A DNA stretch of 64,000 nucleotides, taken from assembly GCA_963762255.1 (NCBI GenBank), contig CAVXKA010000001.1, forward strand, positions 800,001-864,000, given 5' to 3'. Source of the stretch: Candidatus Eiseniibacteriota bacterium (GTDB taxonomy: Bacteria > Eisenbacteria > RBG-16-71-46 > JABDJR01). The notes under the pieces were generated by a model, which was given only the letters and a program-made list of their open reading frames with translations, was not told where the DNA came from and did not search any database. The position numbers were made by a program, and so were the translations under genes. Positions 29,484-38,483 of the stretch are shown here, one piece after another (the stretch's first letter is position 1; each line of letters begins with the position of its first letter).

Positions 29484-31073
29484 ATGACAGCCCCAACAGG
29501 GTCTACTAGACTGCCCAGCGAAATGGAACGGTATCCCCGTGACCGCGGTGGCATCTCCAGAACCGATCTCATCCCCGGTGCCGTTCTAGTCGCGGCGATC
29601 TGTTCCTCGCTCGCCTTCGCCGGCATGCGTCTCGCGCACCGAAGTCTCTGGCTCGACGAGGCGTACAGCATCTACATTTCCAGCGCGAGTCTCAGCAGCC
29701 TCGTGACCTACCTGGTGAAAGATAACGGCCCGCCTGCCTATTATGTGATCCTCCATTTCTGGATGAACGTCTTTGGATCCAGCGAGGCGGCCACGAGGTC
29801 CCTGTCCGCTTTGTTCTATCTGGCCGGCGGCGTCTCGATCTTCGCCTTGGGGAAGTATCTATTCGGTCGATATGCCGCGCTCTGGTGCAGCGTCCTCTAT
29901 CTTGCGAGTCCACTTGCCATCGTCCATAGCCAGAATGTACGCATGTATGCCATGTTGGGGCTGGCGGTCATTGGCTCGACCTTCTGCCTCTTCAAGCTGG
30001 CGCGCGGGGAAAGCCGTTCTCTCGGTCGGGCCATTGCCTATTCCGCTGTGAGTGCCCTGGGAACGCTGACGCACTATTGGTTCTTCTTCGTTCTCGCCGC
30101 CCATGCCGTCGCGGCATTCGTGCTGGCTTCCCGATCGGGGCGGGTAGGGATCTGGCTCGCCATCGGGCTCGCCATGGCGCCGTTCGTGACGCTCTGGGGC
30201 CCGGTCTTCCTGGTCCAGTTGAACAATGAGTCTACGTACTGGTTCCCCAGAGTTGGAACGGCACGGGCGCTCTGGGATACGTGTTGCGACTTCTTCGGAA
30301 GCCGCGGCGCGGTGCTCATCGTCCTGGCGGTGGGAGTGTCCGTGATCGCCAGCCGGAGGCGACTCAAGTCCGCCGGCGTCTTTGCGGGCCTTCGTAAAGA
30401 CCGAACGCTTCTTGCGCTCGCGGTGATCCTTGCCGTTTCGATCCTGGTGCCCCTGGGTATCTCGCGGGTCAAGCCGATCTACTGTGCGGGGCGGTACATG
30501 ATCGTGGCGTTACCGGTTGCCTGTCTCTTGATGGGTGGACTCCTGGATCGCGTCGGGAACAGGATGGTAGTCTCAGGTCTCTGCTGCGCACTGCTTGTCC
30601 TGGCTTCGGCGCGGGTCTACCGGGATCGGACGGCGGCGGAGATCTGGTCCGATAGAATCGCGGGGGACTATCTGGGCGTGTCGGCCAAGGACGGAGATGT
30701 GATCATCTTCACGAGCCTCTCCCGGTTGCCGGTGGAGTACTACGTCAAGCGCGCGACGGGGGGAAAGAGAATCGAGGTGATCTCCTTTCCTTCGGATCCG
30801 GGTGAGAGCCCTATGGCGTTGAACGTGCGGCACTCGCCGGCTCGTGAGGCGGCTCTCCACGAGGAGTCGGAGGTCCTGGTGAGTCGGCTGACGGAGGCCC
30901 TGGAGGACGGGGCCACCGTGTGGCTTGTCGAGGAGGACGGAGACTTGGCCAGCGAGATCTTGCGTGGAGCGCTCGACGAGGTCGGAAACCCGGCAAACGT
31001 GATTCGGATGAAGGGTTCTTATCACGATGCGCTGCGGGTCTATGCGGGCCGAGGGCGTGGAGCTGCGCGGTGA
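29484..31073 (+). CDS. GT39/PMT-like GT-C glycosyltransferase
   Basis: SLWLDEAYS, DNGPPAYY, FGSSEAATRSLS, SQNVRMY, THY. Start approximate. Confidence 0.82.
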   Translation: MTAPTGSTRLPSEMERYPRDRGGISRTDLIPGAVLVAAICSSLAFAGMRLAHRSLWLDEAYSIYISSASLSSLVTYLVKDNGPPAYYVILHFWMNVFGSSEAATRSLSALFYLAGGVSIFALGKYLFGRYAALWCSVLYLASPLAIVHSQNVRMYAMLGLAVIGSTFCLFKLARGESRSLGRAIAYSAVSALGTLTHYWFFFVLAAHAVAAFVLASRSGRVGIWLAIGLAMAPFVTLWGPVFLVQLNNESTYWFPRVGTARALWDTCCDFFGSRGAVLIVLAVGVSVIASRRRLKSAGVFAGLRKDRTLLALAVILAVSILVPLGISRVKPIYCAGRYMIVALPVACLLMGGLLDRVGNRMVVSGLCCALLVLASARVYRDRTAAEIWSDRIAGDYLGVSAKDGDVIIFTSLSRLPVEYYVKRATGGKRIEVISFPSDPGESPMALNVRHSPAREAALHEESEVLVSRLTEALEDGATVWLVEEDGDLASEILRGALDEVGNPANVIRMKGSYHDALRVYAGRGRGAAR

Positions 31074-31141
31074 CGGTTCCGGGCCTGGGCCGTGATGCAT
31101 GCGTGGAGGGGTGCGGCGCCGGAGGATCGGGAGGCCAAGAC

Positions 31142-31813
31142 ATGCTGTGGACGGCCATCGAGCGCGGGCTCGGACCGCGGCGGACAAAGCCGCTCGAGTT
31201 CGCCCTAGCCCGTGAGATCTTATCGTCCGACTCGGTGCTCGACGTGGGCTGCGGAACCGAGTCCCCCCTGACCGCCCTCCCGGTCCGCCCGTCGCGGCTG
31301 GAGGGGGTGGACGGTCATAGCCCCGCGATCGAGGCGAGCCGCCGTCGCGGCGGCCACGACGCTTTCCATCAGCTCGACCTGCGCAGGCTGGCCGGGGCCT
31401 TCCCCCCCCGCTCCTTCGACGTGGTGGCAGCGCTGGACGTCCTGGAGCACTTCGAGAAGGAGGACGGTGTCCGTTTCCTGGAGGCCCTGGAGACGATCGC
31501 CGCGCGGAAGGTGATTGTCTTCACGCCGAACGGGTTCCTCTTCCAAGGAGAGGTAGGCGGCAACCCTTTCCAGATGCACCGGTCGGGATGGGACGCGGCG
31601 GAGATGGTCGCCCGCGGATACCGGATCACCGGTATCCACGGATGGAAGCCGTTGCGCGGGAGCGAGGCCGGGATCCGCTTCCGCCCGGGCAAACTCTGGA
31701 CCACGATCAGTTGGCTGAGCCAGGGGCTGGTCGAGGCCCGCCCCGCCCATGCCTTCCAGCTCTTCTGCGTCCTCGACCTCGGCGGGGATGCCGGCGCGGC
31801 GTCCGGTGGCTGA
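31142..31813 (+). CDS. Class I SAM-dependent methyltransferase
   Basis: VLDVGCG, SFDVV, DVLEHF, FTPNG, HRSGW. GGAGG RBS. Confidence 0.88.
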   Translation: MLWTAIERGLGPRRTKPLEFALAREILSSDSVLDVGCGTESPLTALPVRPSRLEGVDGHSPAIEASRRRGGHDAFHQLDLRRLAGAFPPRSFDVVAALDVLEHFEKEDGVRFLEALETIAARKVIVFTPNGFLFQGEVGGNPFQMHRSGWDAAEMVARGYRITGIHGWKPLRGSEAGIRFRPGKLWTTISWLSQGLVEARPAHAFQLFCVLDLGGDAGAASGG

Positions 31814-32648
31814 GCGCGGCGATCTTGCCATCGCCTTTCGCGTCTACCCCGGCGTGTCGAAACGGCCGGTCGTCCATGCCGGGGACAAGGCCGCCCTCGT
31901 GCGCCTGGGCCTGGCCTCCCTGCGCCGCGCGCTCGGCGGTCTCCGCGTCCGGGTCCATGCGATCCTCGACGGCTGTCCGCCGGAGTACGAGGACCTGGTT
32001 CGGGAGTACTTCCCGGGGCCGGACACCGGCGTTGAGTTCTGCGACCAGATCGGCAATCGCGCCACCTTCCTCCGGCAGGGGGAGTGGCTTCTTGCCCAGG
32101 ACTTCGCCGAGGCAATCTTCTTCGCCGAAGACGATTATTTCTACCGGCCCGACACGTTCCTCCCCATGCTGTCCTTCCTGAAGGAGGGACGGGGGATCGA
32201 CTTTGTCACCCCCTACGATCACGTGGACTACCACGTCCATCCCCTCCATCGCCGGACGAAGCTTCGCCGCGAACACGAGGGCCGGACGTGGCGGCGGGAG
32301 GCGACGACCTGCCTCACCTTTCTCACCACCCGGACCGTCCTGGGGGAGACGTGGCCCCTCTTCCGGGCCTTCGCCGACGGCGCGGCCGACAGCACCATCT
32401 GGGCCGCCCTCACCCGGATCCTCTTCTCGCCGGCGACCATCCTTCGCAACGCCCCCGCCGACCGCGAGGTGCCGGTGATCTACGCCGACGCACTGCGCCG
32501 CTTCCCACGACAGATCCTGGCCGGGAAGAGCTACGGGCTCTGGTGCCCGGAACCCGGCTTCGCCACCCACCTCGAGTCGACCGGCCTCGCCCCCGGCTTC
32601 AGCGTGGAGGAGCTTCTCGGCCTGGGCGGGAGTCGTCCGGAGGCCTGA
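31806..32648 (+). CDS. GT-A fold glycosyltransferase-like protein
   Basis: FFAEDDY DxD-like motif, PYDH, TTCLTF, ATH. Overlaps the upstream stop. Confidence 0.7.
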   Translation: MAERGDLAIAFRVYPGVSKRPVVHAGDKAALVRLGLASLRRALGGLRVRVHAILDGCPPEYEDLVREYFPGPDTGVEFCDQIGNRATFLRQGEWLLAQDFAEAIFFAEDDYFYRPDTFLPMLSFLKEGRGIDFVTPYDHVDYHVHPLHRRTKLRREHEGRTWRREATTCLTFLTTRTVLGETWPLFRAFADGAADSTIWAALTRILFSPATILRNAPADREVPVIYADALRRFPRQILAGKSYGLWCPEPGFATHLESTGLAPGFSVEELLGLGGSRPEA

Positions 32649-32851
32649 CCACGGAGCGGCCGATCAAGCGAATCTCGACGCTTCATCCCTGAAATGCCCT
32701 ATGCCGGATGGCGTTCCGGGCAGTACAGGCCCTTTCAACGCCGCAGGCCGGGATTCGCTGGATACATGGGCGGGGGTTGCAGGCTATCCCCCGGAACTCA
32801 CGGGCCTGGAGTTGGGTCTGCTCCAAGGGTACGGCTCCTGGCGGGTGGGAC

Positions 32852-32902
32852 TATACTGAACAGCAGAGCCTACTACTGGGTTCTGTCCAATTCACGTTCG
32901 GC
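32852..32902 (+). promoter_or_regulatory. Candidate cassette promoter -10 (TATACT, 32852-32857) and attI-like core site GTTCGGC (32896-32902)
   Basis: GTTCGGC is the exact reverse complement of the R'' box GCCGAAC of the first attC, as expected at the left junction of the first cassette. Confidence 0.5.
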
Positions 32903-32935
32903 CCTCTCGGCGTAATCGCCATTCCGGAAAGTTGA

Positions 32936-34054
32936 GTGAGGGAGATGGAGCTCTCGGCTGTAGATGTCCGATCGATGCGCAGCACGGACCTCTCATGGCA
33001 GACAATTCGGGACGGCGTCGAGGTTTCGTTCCTCCCGCGGCGAATGGTTCAGGAGAGTGGCTTCACTCGTGGGGCTGTGCTCTCCTGGCGATGGGATCGA
33101 GATCTGTTCGAAGGCCGCTCGCGCAATATTGCGCTCGCGCTCCATCATGCAATGCGTACGGAGATTGAGTGGCTGTTCCTGGATCTGGTCACCGTCGATC
33201 AGTCCCTCAGCTCGGAAGAACTGCTCGAGAAAGTCTCGGCGCTCGCGACGCTCTACAAGAAAGTCCCCGTCTTTGTCGCCGGCGACCGTCCCGACGTTCC
33301 GCAGAGCGAATGGGCAAGAACGTTCAGGCGCCCTTGGCTACTCTATGAGGCTAGATCCTACGCGGTGAATCCCGCAGGAGTTACATATCTCGGCTACCGC
33401 CATCGTCTATCGTCCGAGGTCGCTCCGGTCGCGTTCGCTCCCGAGCTCCAAGCCATCAGGGAGGCCGGGTTCGCCATCTACGTTTTCTATGCCATATGGG
33501 GGTACATCGGGATGCAGGACCCCGGAGATTTCAGATTCATCCTGCGGCCCTTCTATTCGCTATTCACCTACCTCCACGAGAGATTGACCAGGGACGATTT
33601 CCTCTTTTCTGTGTTTCTCGTCTGCGCGATCCACGAGCGAACGCAGACAGTCGAAGGTTGGGACGGACCGTTCGACAATGGCTATCGAATAAACTTCCAC
33701 GACATCCGCTTCGAATCGCGGTCCTTCGACCGGTTTTCGATTGGCAAACACGAATCTGCGCGCTTCTATGAGACGCTCCGAACGATCAGCCTAGACGGCC
33801 ATCCCGTCGCCGAATGGAGGAACAAGATGACGAGCAGCTTGGACCGTAACTGGGTCAAAGTTCTGCCCGATGCAGAGCGTTCACGCTTTGATGCGCTCAA
33901 GGTTCCAGACGACGTTCGGCAGGATTACGAAGAGAGAAAGAAGGAACGACTTGCCAGCCTCTTTCTCGACGCGCAGGCGGCCCGGCCACAAGTGCGCCAA
34001 CTAACAGCCTACCTGGATCGCGAAGTGTGGATTCCTTTCGAGCCAGCGGAATGA
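32936..34054 (+). CDS. Cassette 1: HET-domain (PF06985-like, TIR-related) protein
   Basis: AVLSWRW, WLFLDLVTVDQ, ELLEKVSALATLY and FRRPWLLYE occur in the order of the HET blocks ALSYxW, LWIDxxCIxQ, EKxxQVxxMxxIY and RxWxxQE. Confidence 0.7.
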   Translation: MREMELSAVDVRSMRSTDLSWQTIRDGVEVSFLPRRMVQESGFTRGAVLSWRWDRDLFEGRSRNIALALHHAMRTEIEWLFLDLVTVDQSLSSEELLEKVSALATLYKKVPVFVAGDRPDVPQSEWARTFRRPWLLYEARSYAVNPAGVTYLGYRHRLSSEVAPVAFAPELQAIREAGFAIYVFYAIWGYIGMQDPGDFRFILRPFYSLFTYLHERLTRDDFLFSVFLVCAIHERTQTVEGWDGPFDNGYRINFHDIRFESRSFDRFSIGKHESARFYETLRTISLDGHPVAEWRNKMTSSLDRNWVKVLPDAERSRFDALKVPDDVRQDYEERKKERLASLFLDAQAARPQVRQLTAYLDREVWIPFEPAE

Positions 34055-34111
34055 AATCAACCGGGGACGTGAGGGCCGAGGTGGCCGAGTTGAGTCACTG
34101 GCCAAGAGAAT

Positions 34112-34197
34112 GCCGAACAAAGCGCTGGAGCCGACGGCATGAATTTCGGTGATTATCGCAGCCTGCAGTGGGCCGCGGCTCAGCGCCAACGTTAGAT
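34112..34197 (+). repeat. attC site 1
   Basis: GCCGAAC-AAAGCGCTGGAGCCGACGGC...GCCGCGGCTCAGCGCCAAC-GTTAGAT. Confidence 0.9.
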
Positions 34198-35044
34198 GGA
34201 GAAGACTGGAAGGGTGAATCATTCTGTGCAGTCGGGGCCGTGTATCTACTGTAGAACGATCGATGCCCCATTCACCTCTGAGGAACACGTAGTTCCGGAA
34301 TCCCTCGTCGGGGATGAGCTCATTCTGCCCAGAGGCATGGTGTGCGATGTATGCAACTCGGGCGCGCTATCTGACTTGGACAACTGCCTCCAGAACTCGC
34401 CGCTTCTGGGTCTTCACCGCGTACTCTATGGCCCTGGCTTCACCAAGCAGGGCAAGAGACCGATCGCAAATTTCCAGAACGCCTTCCTCTCTCGTCACGG
34501 CGATACTCACATTCAGCTTCGTCCCAAGGACCGGACGGGGGGGATCCGCGACTTTGAGGAACTTCCAGATGGCACCTCACGATTCTCCGTTTCCCTGAAG
34601 AGGCACTTTGACCATGTCAAGTTCAGCAGGGCCCTTCAAAAGATCGGGCTCGGAGCATTCGCCCTCAAGAAGGGGCGGGATCCAGCACTAGATCAACGAT
34701 TCGATACGGCGCGCAGCTTCATACTGCAGGGAGGCACATTCCCAAGTTCGTGGATCCTGGCACTGTCCGGTCCCCCAGCGCCCGGCGGATCGCTCAGGTT
34801 CTGGGATGTCCATCCGCTCGCGCTGTTCGCGTTGGAGGTATCCGGTGTGCGGATGGGATTCCCTCTGGAGCCCACGCCACGATTGGAGGATCTCCCAGTC
34901 GCTGGACTGTTGACCAATGTCGCCTGGTTCCCGATGGATGGGGAGCACGATGACTTTGTAGTCTCGAGCCCATCGGTCGGAGCCGGGAATCAGGACGGCC
35001 CATCTAACGGGCCGCTGCAGCCGCCGCCCGCTCCTGAGGAGTAA
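34196..35044 (+). CDS. Cassette 2: HNH endonuclease (HNH_5-like)
   Basis: CIYC...SEEHVVPESL...VCDVCN...LD. The C-terminus reads into attC2. Confidence 0.82.
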   Translation: MEKTGRVNHSVQSGPCIYCRTIDAPFTSEEHVVPESLVGDELILPRGMVCDVCNSGALSDLDNCLQNSPLLGLHRVLYGPGFTKQGKRPIANFQNAFLSRHGDTHIQLRPKDRTGGIRDFEELPDGTSRFSVSLKRHFDHVKFSRALQKIGLGAFALKKGRDPALDQRFDTARSFILQGGTFPSSWILALSGPPAPGGSLRFWDVHPLALFALEVSGVRMGFPLEPTPRLEDLPVAGLLTNVAWFPMDGEHDDFVVSSPSVGAGNQDGPSNGPLQPPPAPEE

Positions 35045-35104
35045 GCTGCGGCTTGGAAGGGCGACCGGTTGTCGCGGGCGCGGCTGACCGGCAGCACGTT
35101 AGGC
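35002..35104 (+). repeat. attC site 2 (long family)
   Basis: ATCTAAC-GGGCCGCTGCAGCCGCCGCCCGC...GCGGGCGCGGCTGACCGGCAGCAC-GTTAGGC. Confidence 0.9.
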
Positions 35105-35142
35105 GAACGAAGATGGCGCAGCGAGTCAACGGCGAGAAACCA

Positions 35143-38100
35143 ATGAACCAAGCTGACCGCGTTTTCATCAGCTACAGCCACCGGGGAAGCGGACCGGGTT
35201 GGAAGGCACGGATGGTGCGGCATCTTGGTGTCTTTGAGCGACATCATCTCCTCGATGTGTGGCAGGACGGCAAAATCCGTGTCAGTTCCTACTGGGACGA
35301 CGACATCACACAGGCCATGAGCAGTGCCCGACTAGCAGTTGTGCTGCTTACCCCTGAGGCTCTCGAATCCCAGTACATCCTTGATAAGGAATTCCCATTC
35401 CTCCGTGAGTGCCAGCAGCGCGACAGGCTCTCGGTGTTCCCGGTGATCTGCGAACCGTGCGACTGGAAAGTCCATGATTGGTTACGAGCGACTCAGGCAC
35501 CGAATGAATCGAATCCCCTCTCACCACTCACCGAAGCCGCGCAAGACCGCATCTTCCGCCAACTCGCCACGGACATCGCGACAGAACTAAGCCGCGTTGC
35601 GTTTGCCGAGTTGCCGAAGTTTGACCAGCCGCCTGCACCCGAACACATCTACCTCGAGAAGTTTCCACTCACCCGTGGCCCCGGGCTGCGTGAGGAGAAA
35701 CTCATTGGCCGGGAACAGGAACTCGCCCTCCTCGACCTCGCCTTCGCCCAGCCGCACACCGCAATCGTCTCTCTCGTCGCCTGGGGCGGCGTGGGCAAGA
35801 CCATGCTCGTCCAGCACTGGCTCCAGCACCTCCAACGCGAGGGCTGGTTAGGCGCGCAGCGCGTCTATGCGTGGAGCTTCTACAGCCAGGGCACCAAGGA
35901 AGACCGGCAAGCCTCCGAAGACACCTTCCTCGCCCACGCCCTCGAATGGTTCGGCGTCCAATGCGAGCCGACCCTCTCGCCGTGGGACAAAGGACGCGTG
36001 CTCGCCGACGCCGTCGCCCGGGAACGCACGCTGCTCGTCCTCGACGGCATCGAGCCGCTCCAGTATCCGCCCGGCCCGATGGGCGGCCAACTCCGCGCCC
36101 CCGGCGTGCAGAGCCTGTTGAAACACCTGACGCGCAACGCGAACTCAGCCGATCAACACGGCCTCTGCCTTGTCACGACGCGCGAACCGCTCGCCGACCT
36201 CGCCGATTTCCAGCGGCGCGAGGCTTCGCCGTGGGGCAGCGTGCTCCGCGTGGACCTTGGCAACCTCACCGCTGAAGCCGGCGCCGCGCTGCTCCATCAC
36301 GCAGGAGCCAGCCGGGCTGGCGCGGCGGAGATCAAACCTGACGACAAGGAACTGATTGCCGCCAGCCGCGAAGTGGACGGTCACGCCCTCACGCTCAATC
36401 TGTTGGGCCGCTTCCTCGCCCGCGCGCACGTCGGCGACATCCGCCGCCGCGACTTGGTGAAATTCGAGGAAGCCGACCGCGAGGAACAAGGCGGCACAAC
36501 CTTCAAGATGCTCGCCGCCTTCGAGAACTGGTTTGCCAACGAAGGCGACATTGAAGCACGAGCCTTAACCATCCTTCGGCTTCTCGCCCTGTTCGACCGT
36601 CCAGCGGATGCGGGCTGCATGGGCGCTTTGCGAAAGTCTCCCATCATCTCCGGGTTGACCGAGCCTCTGTTCACGCTGAGACGGGATTCAAATACCGGTC
36701 AGATGAATGAGAAGCCGCTTTCTGACAAAGCGTGGAATGATGCGATTCATTTTCTTGTCGACTTTGACCTCGTAACCGTGATCGCGTTCGAACGACCTCA
36801 GATTCGAGGCTTCAATATGTTCACAGCACAAGTGATGAGATTCTACGGTCCGAACGCCGGCGTAGTGGAAGAGTTTGACACGGCTTCTGCTGTCCCTGCA
36901 AATGGCAGTTACGTTCTGGAGGCTCACCCTCTCATTCGTGAACACTTTGAGCGGCGTTTACGAATTCAAAGTCCGCACTCTTACAGGAACGGACATTCGC
37001 GCGTGTTCGAGTTCCTCAAGCAATCCGTGCCCTATTGGCCGGAAGGAATCCACAACTTGGTACCGCTCTATCAAGCCGTCTTCCACGGCTGCCGGGCTGG
37101 GGAGTATGACGATGCACGCGAACAGGTGTTCCGGGATCGCATCCTTCGCGCTACTTCCGGGCCGTGCGCGAATTACAGCACTTTTTCGCTCGGGGCTTCC
37201 GACGCGGATCTTTCTGCTCTAGCTTGCTTCTTTGAGATAGCTTGGACACGAGCAAGAGAGGCATTCTCCGATCAGGCAGTAGCTTGGATTCTCAACGAGA
37301 CAGCTTTTCGCCTTCGCGCTATTGGTAGGATAACAGAGGCCGTCGAACCGTTGCGTGCGGCTGTCGAAGCGTCCGCAAGGTTGAGCGACTGGAGTAACGC
37401 GGCGCTTGATGCTGGCAATTTGAGTGAAGTTCACCTTGTCTCGGGAGACGTAGCCGCAGCCGTAATGGCAGCGGATCTCTCCGTCCAATACGCCGACCGA
37501 GCAAAGGACAAACCTCCAACAACGAACGAATCACCGTATTGGCCGATCCACATGCGCGCCCGACTCGCCGCCGCGTTCTTTCAATCCGGGAAGAGTGAAG
37601 ATGCACGGATCTTGTTTGAACAAGCGGAGGAAGGACAGCGGCGTGCTCAGCCCGAATTCCCCGTGCTTTACTCCGTGTCCGGCTTCCGATATTGCGAGTT
37701 CTATCTTCACGGGCCTGAACGCGCTGCTTGGAGCACTACACTTCCAGGTCTCGATTTCGTCTGGGAATCTGCGGATATGTCGTTGACGTGGACAGCTCAG
37801 AAGCGGGCACGCCAAGCACTTCATTGGCTGGAGCAATTCGGTAGCCGTGGCCTCTTGGACATAGCGCTTGACACCTTAACACTAGATCGTTCGGTATTGT
37901 ACCGGACGGTGGTTGATCACTATTCAGCGCCAAACCGCGAAATCGCACTACGCATGCTGCAGGCGGCACTACCTCCGATGCATCATCAGTTCACACTGAT
38001 TGTCGATGCTTTCAGACAGTGTCGCTCGCAAGAATTCATCCCTTTAGCCCTGTTGACGCGCGCTTGGGTGCGGTGTTTGAAAGGAGACACTGCTGGTTCC

Positions 38101-38328
38101 AAAGTCGACTTGGACGAAGCGTGGGACATTGCCGAGCGCGGGCCGATGCGGCTGCACATGGCCGACATCCACCTTTACCGCGCCCGGCTCTTCTTCCGCG
38201 AGAAACCTTACCCGTGGAATTCTTCGCAGGACGACCTCGCCGCCGCCGAGAAACTCGTCAACGACTGCGGGTACCACCGCCGTGACGAAGAACTCGCCGA
38301 CGCCAAGCGCGCCATCCTAGGAGCATGA
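35143..38328 (+). CDS. Cassette 3: TIR-STAND NTPase-helical/TPR-like repeat protein (NLR-like)
   Basis: TIR VFISYSH...VWQD...SQYILDKEFP. LIGREQEL, Walker A AWGGVGKT, Walker B LLVLDGIE, VTTR, GHALTL. Helical C-terminus. Alternative start at 35113. Confidence 0.85.
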   Translation: MNQADRVFISYSHRGSGPGWKARMVRHLGVFERHHLLDVWQDGKIRVSSYWDDDITQAMSSARLAVVLLTPEALESQYILDKEFPFLRECQQRDRLSVFPVICEPCDWKVHDWLRATQAPNESNPLSPLTEAAQDRIFRQLATDIATELSRVAFAELPKFDQPPAPEHIYLEKFPLTRGPGLREEKLIGREQELALLDLAFAQPHTAIVSLVAWGGVGKTMLVQHWLQHLQREGWLGAQRVYAWSFYSQGTKEDRQASEDTFLAHALEWFGVQCEPTLSPWDKGRVLADAVARERTLLVLDGIEPLQYPPGPMGGQLRAPGVQSLLKHLTRNANSADQHGLCLVTTREPLADLADFQRREASPWGSVLRVDLGNLTAEAGAALLHHAGASRAGAAEIKPDDKELIAASREVDGHALTLNLLGRFLARAHVGDIRRRDLVKFEEADREEQGGTTFKMLAAFENWFANEGDIEARALTILRLLALFDRPADAGCMGALRKSPIISGLTEPLFTLRRDSNTGQMNEKPLSDKAWNDAIHFLVDFDLVTVIAFERPQIRGFNMFTAQVMRFYGPNAGVVEEFDTASAVPANGSYVLEAHPLIREHFERRLRIQSPHSYRNGHSRVFEFLKQSVPYWPEGIHNLVPLYQAVFHGCRAGEYDDAREQVFRDRILRATSGPCANYSTFSLGASDADLSALACFFEIAWTRAREAFSDQAVAWILNETAFRLRAIGRITEAVEPLRAAVEASARLSDWSNAALDAGNLSEVHLVSGDVAAAVMAADLSVQYADRAKDKPPTTNESPYWPIHMRARLAAAFFQSGKSEDARILFEQAEEGQRRAQPEFPVLYSVSGFRYCEFYLHGPERAAWSTTLPGLDFVWESADMSLTWTAQKRARQALHWLEQFGSRGLLDIALDTLTLDRSVLYRTVVDHYSAPNREIALRMLQAALPPMHHQFTLIVDAFRQCRSQEFIPLALLTRAWVRCLKGDTAGSKVDLDEAWDIAERGPMRLHMADIHLYRARLFFREKPYPWNSSQDDLAAAEKLVNDCGYHRRDEELADAKRAILGA

Positions 38329-38410
38329 ACCGTCATCAGGGACCTACATCTGGGAATAGGGGGCGCCGTAGATCGAAAGGTCGGCAATGGCTGCGTGTTC
38401 GGGAGCGTGC

Positions 38411-38470
38411 GCCGAACAACAGCATGCAGCGGACGGCGCTGCGCGCCGCAGCTGATGCTGGGCGTCAGGC
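38411..38470 (+). repeat. attC site 3 (short; R' mutated to GTCAGGC)
   Basis: GCCGAAC-AACAGCATGCAGCGGACGGCGCTGCGCGCCGCAGCTGATGCTGGGC-GTCAGGC. Confidence 0.85.
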
Positions 38471-38483
38471 GTCACGAATAGGC

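Noticed and set aside
32650-32850. Possible intI remnant on the minus strand (ARNAIRHRAF resembles the IntI N-terminal helix)
   Set aside because: The match is only a few residues in a short closed frame and no tyrosine-recombinase motifs are present.
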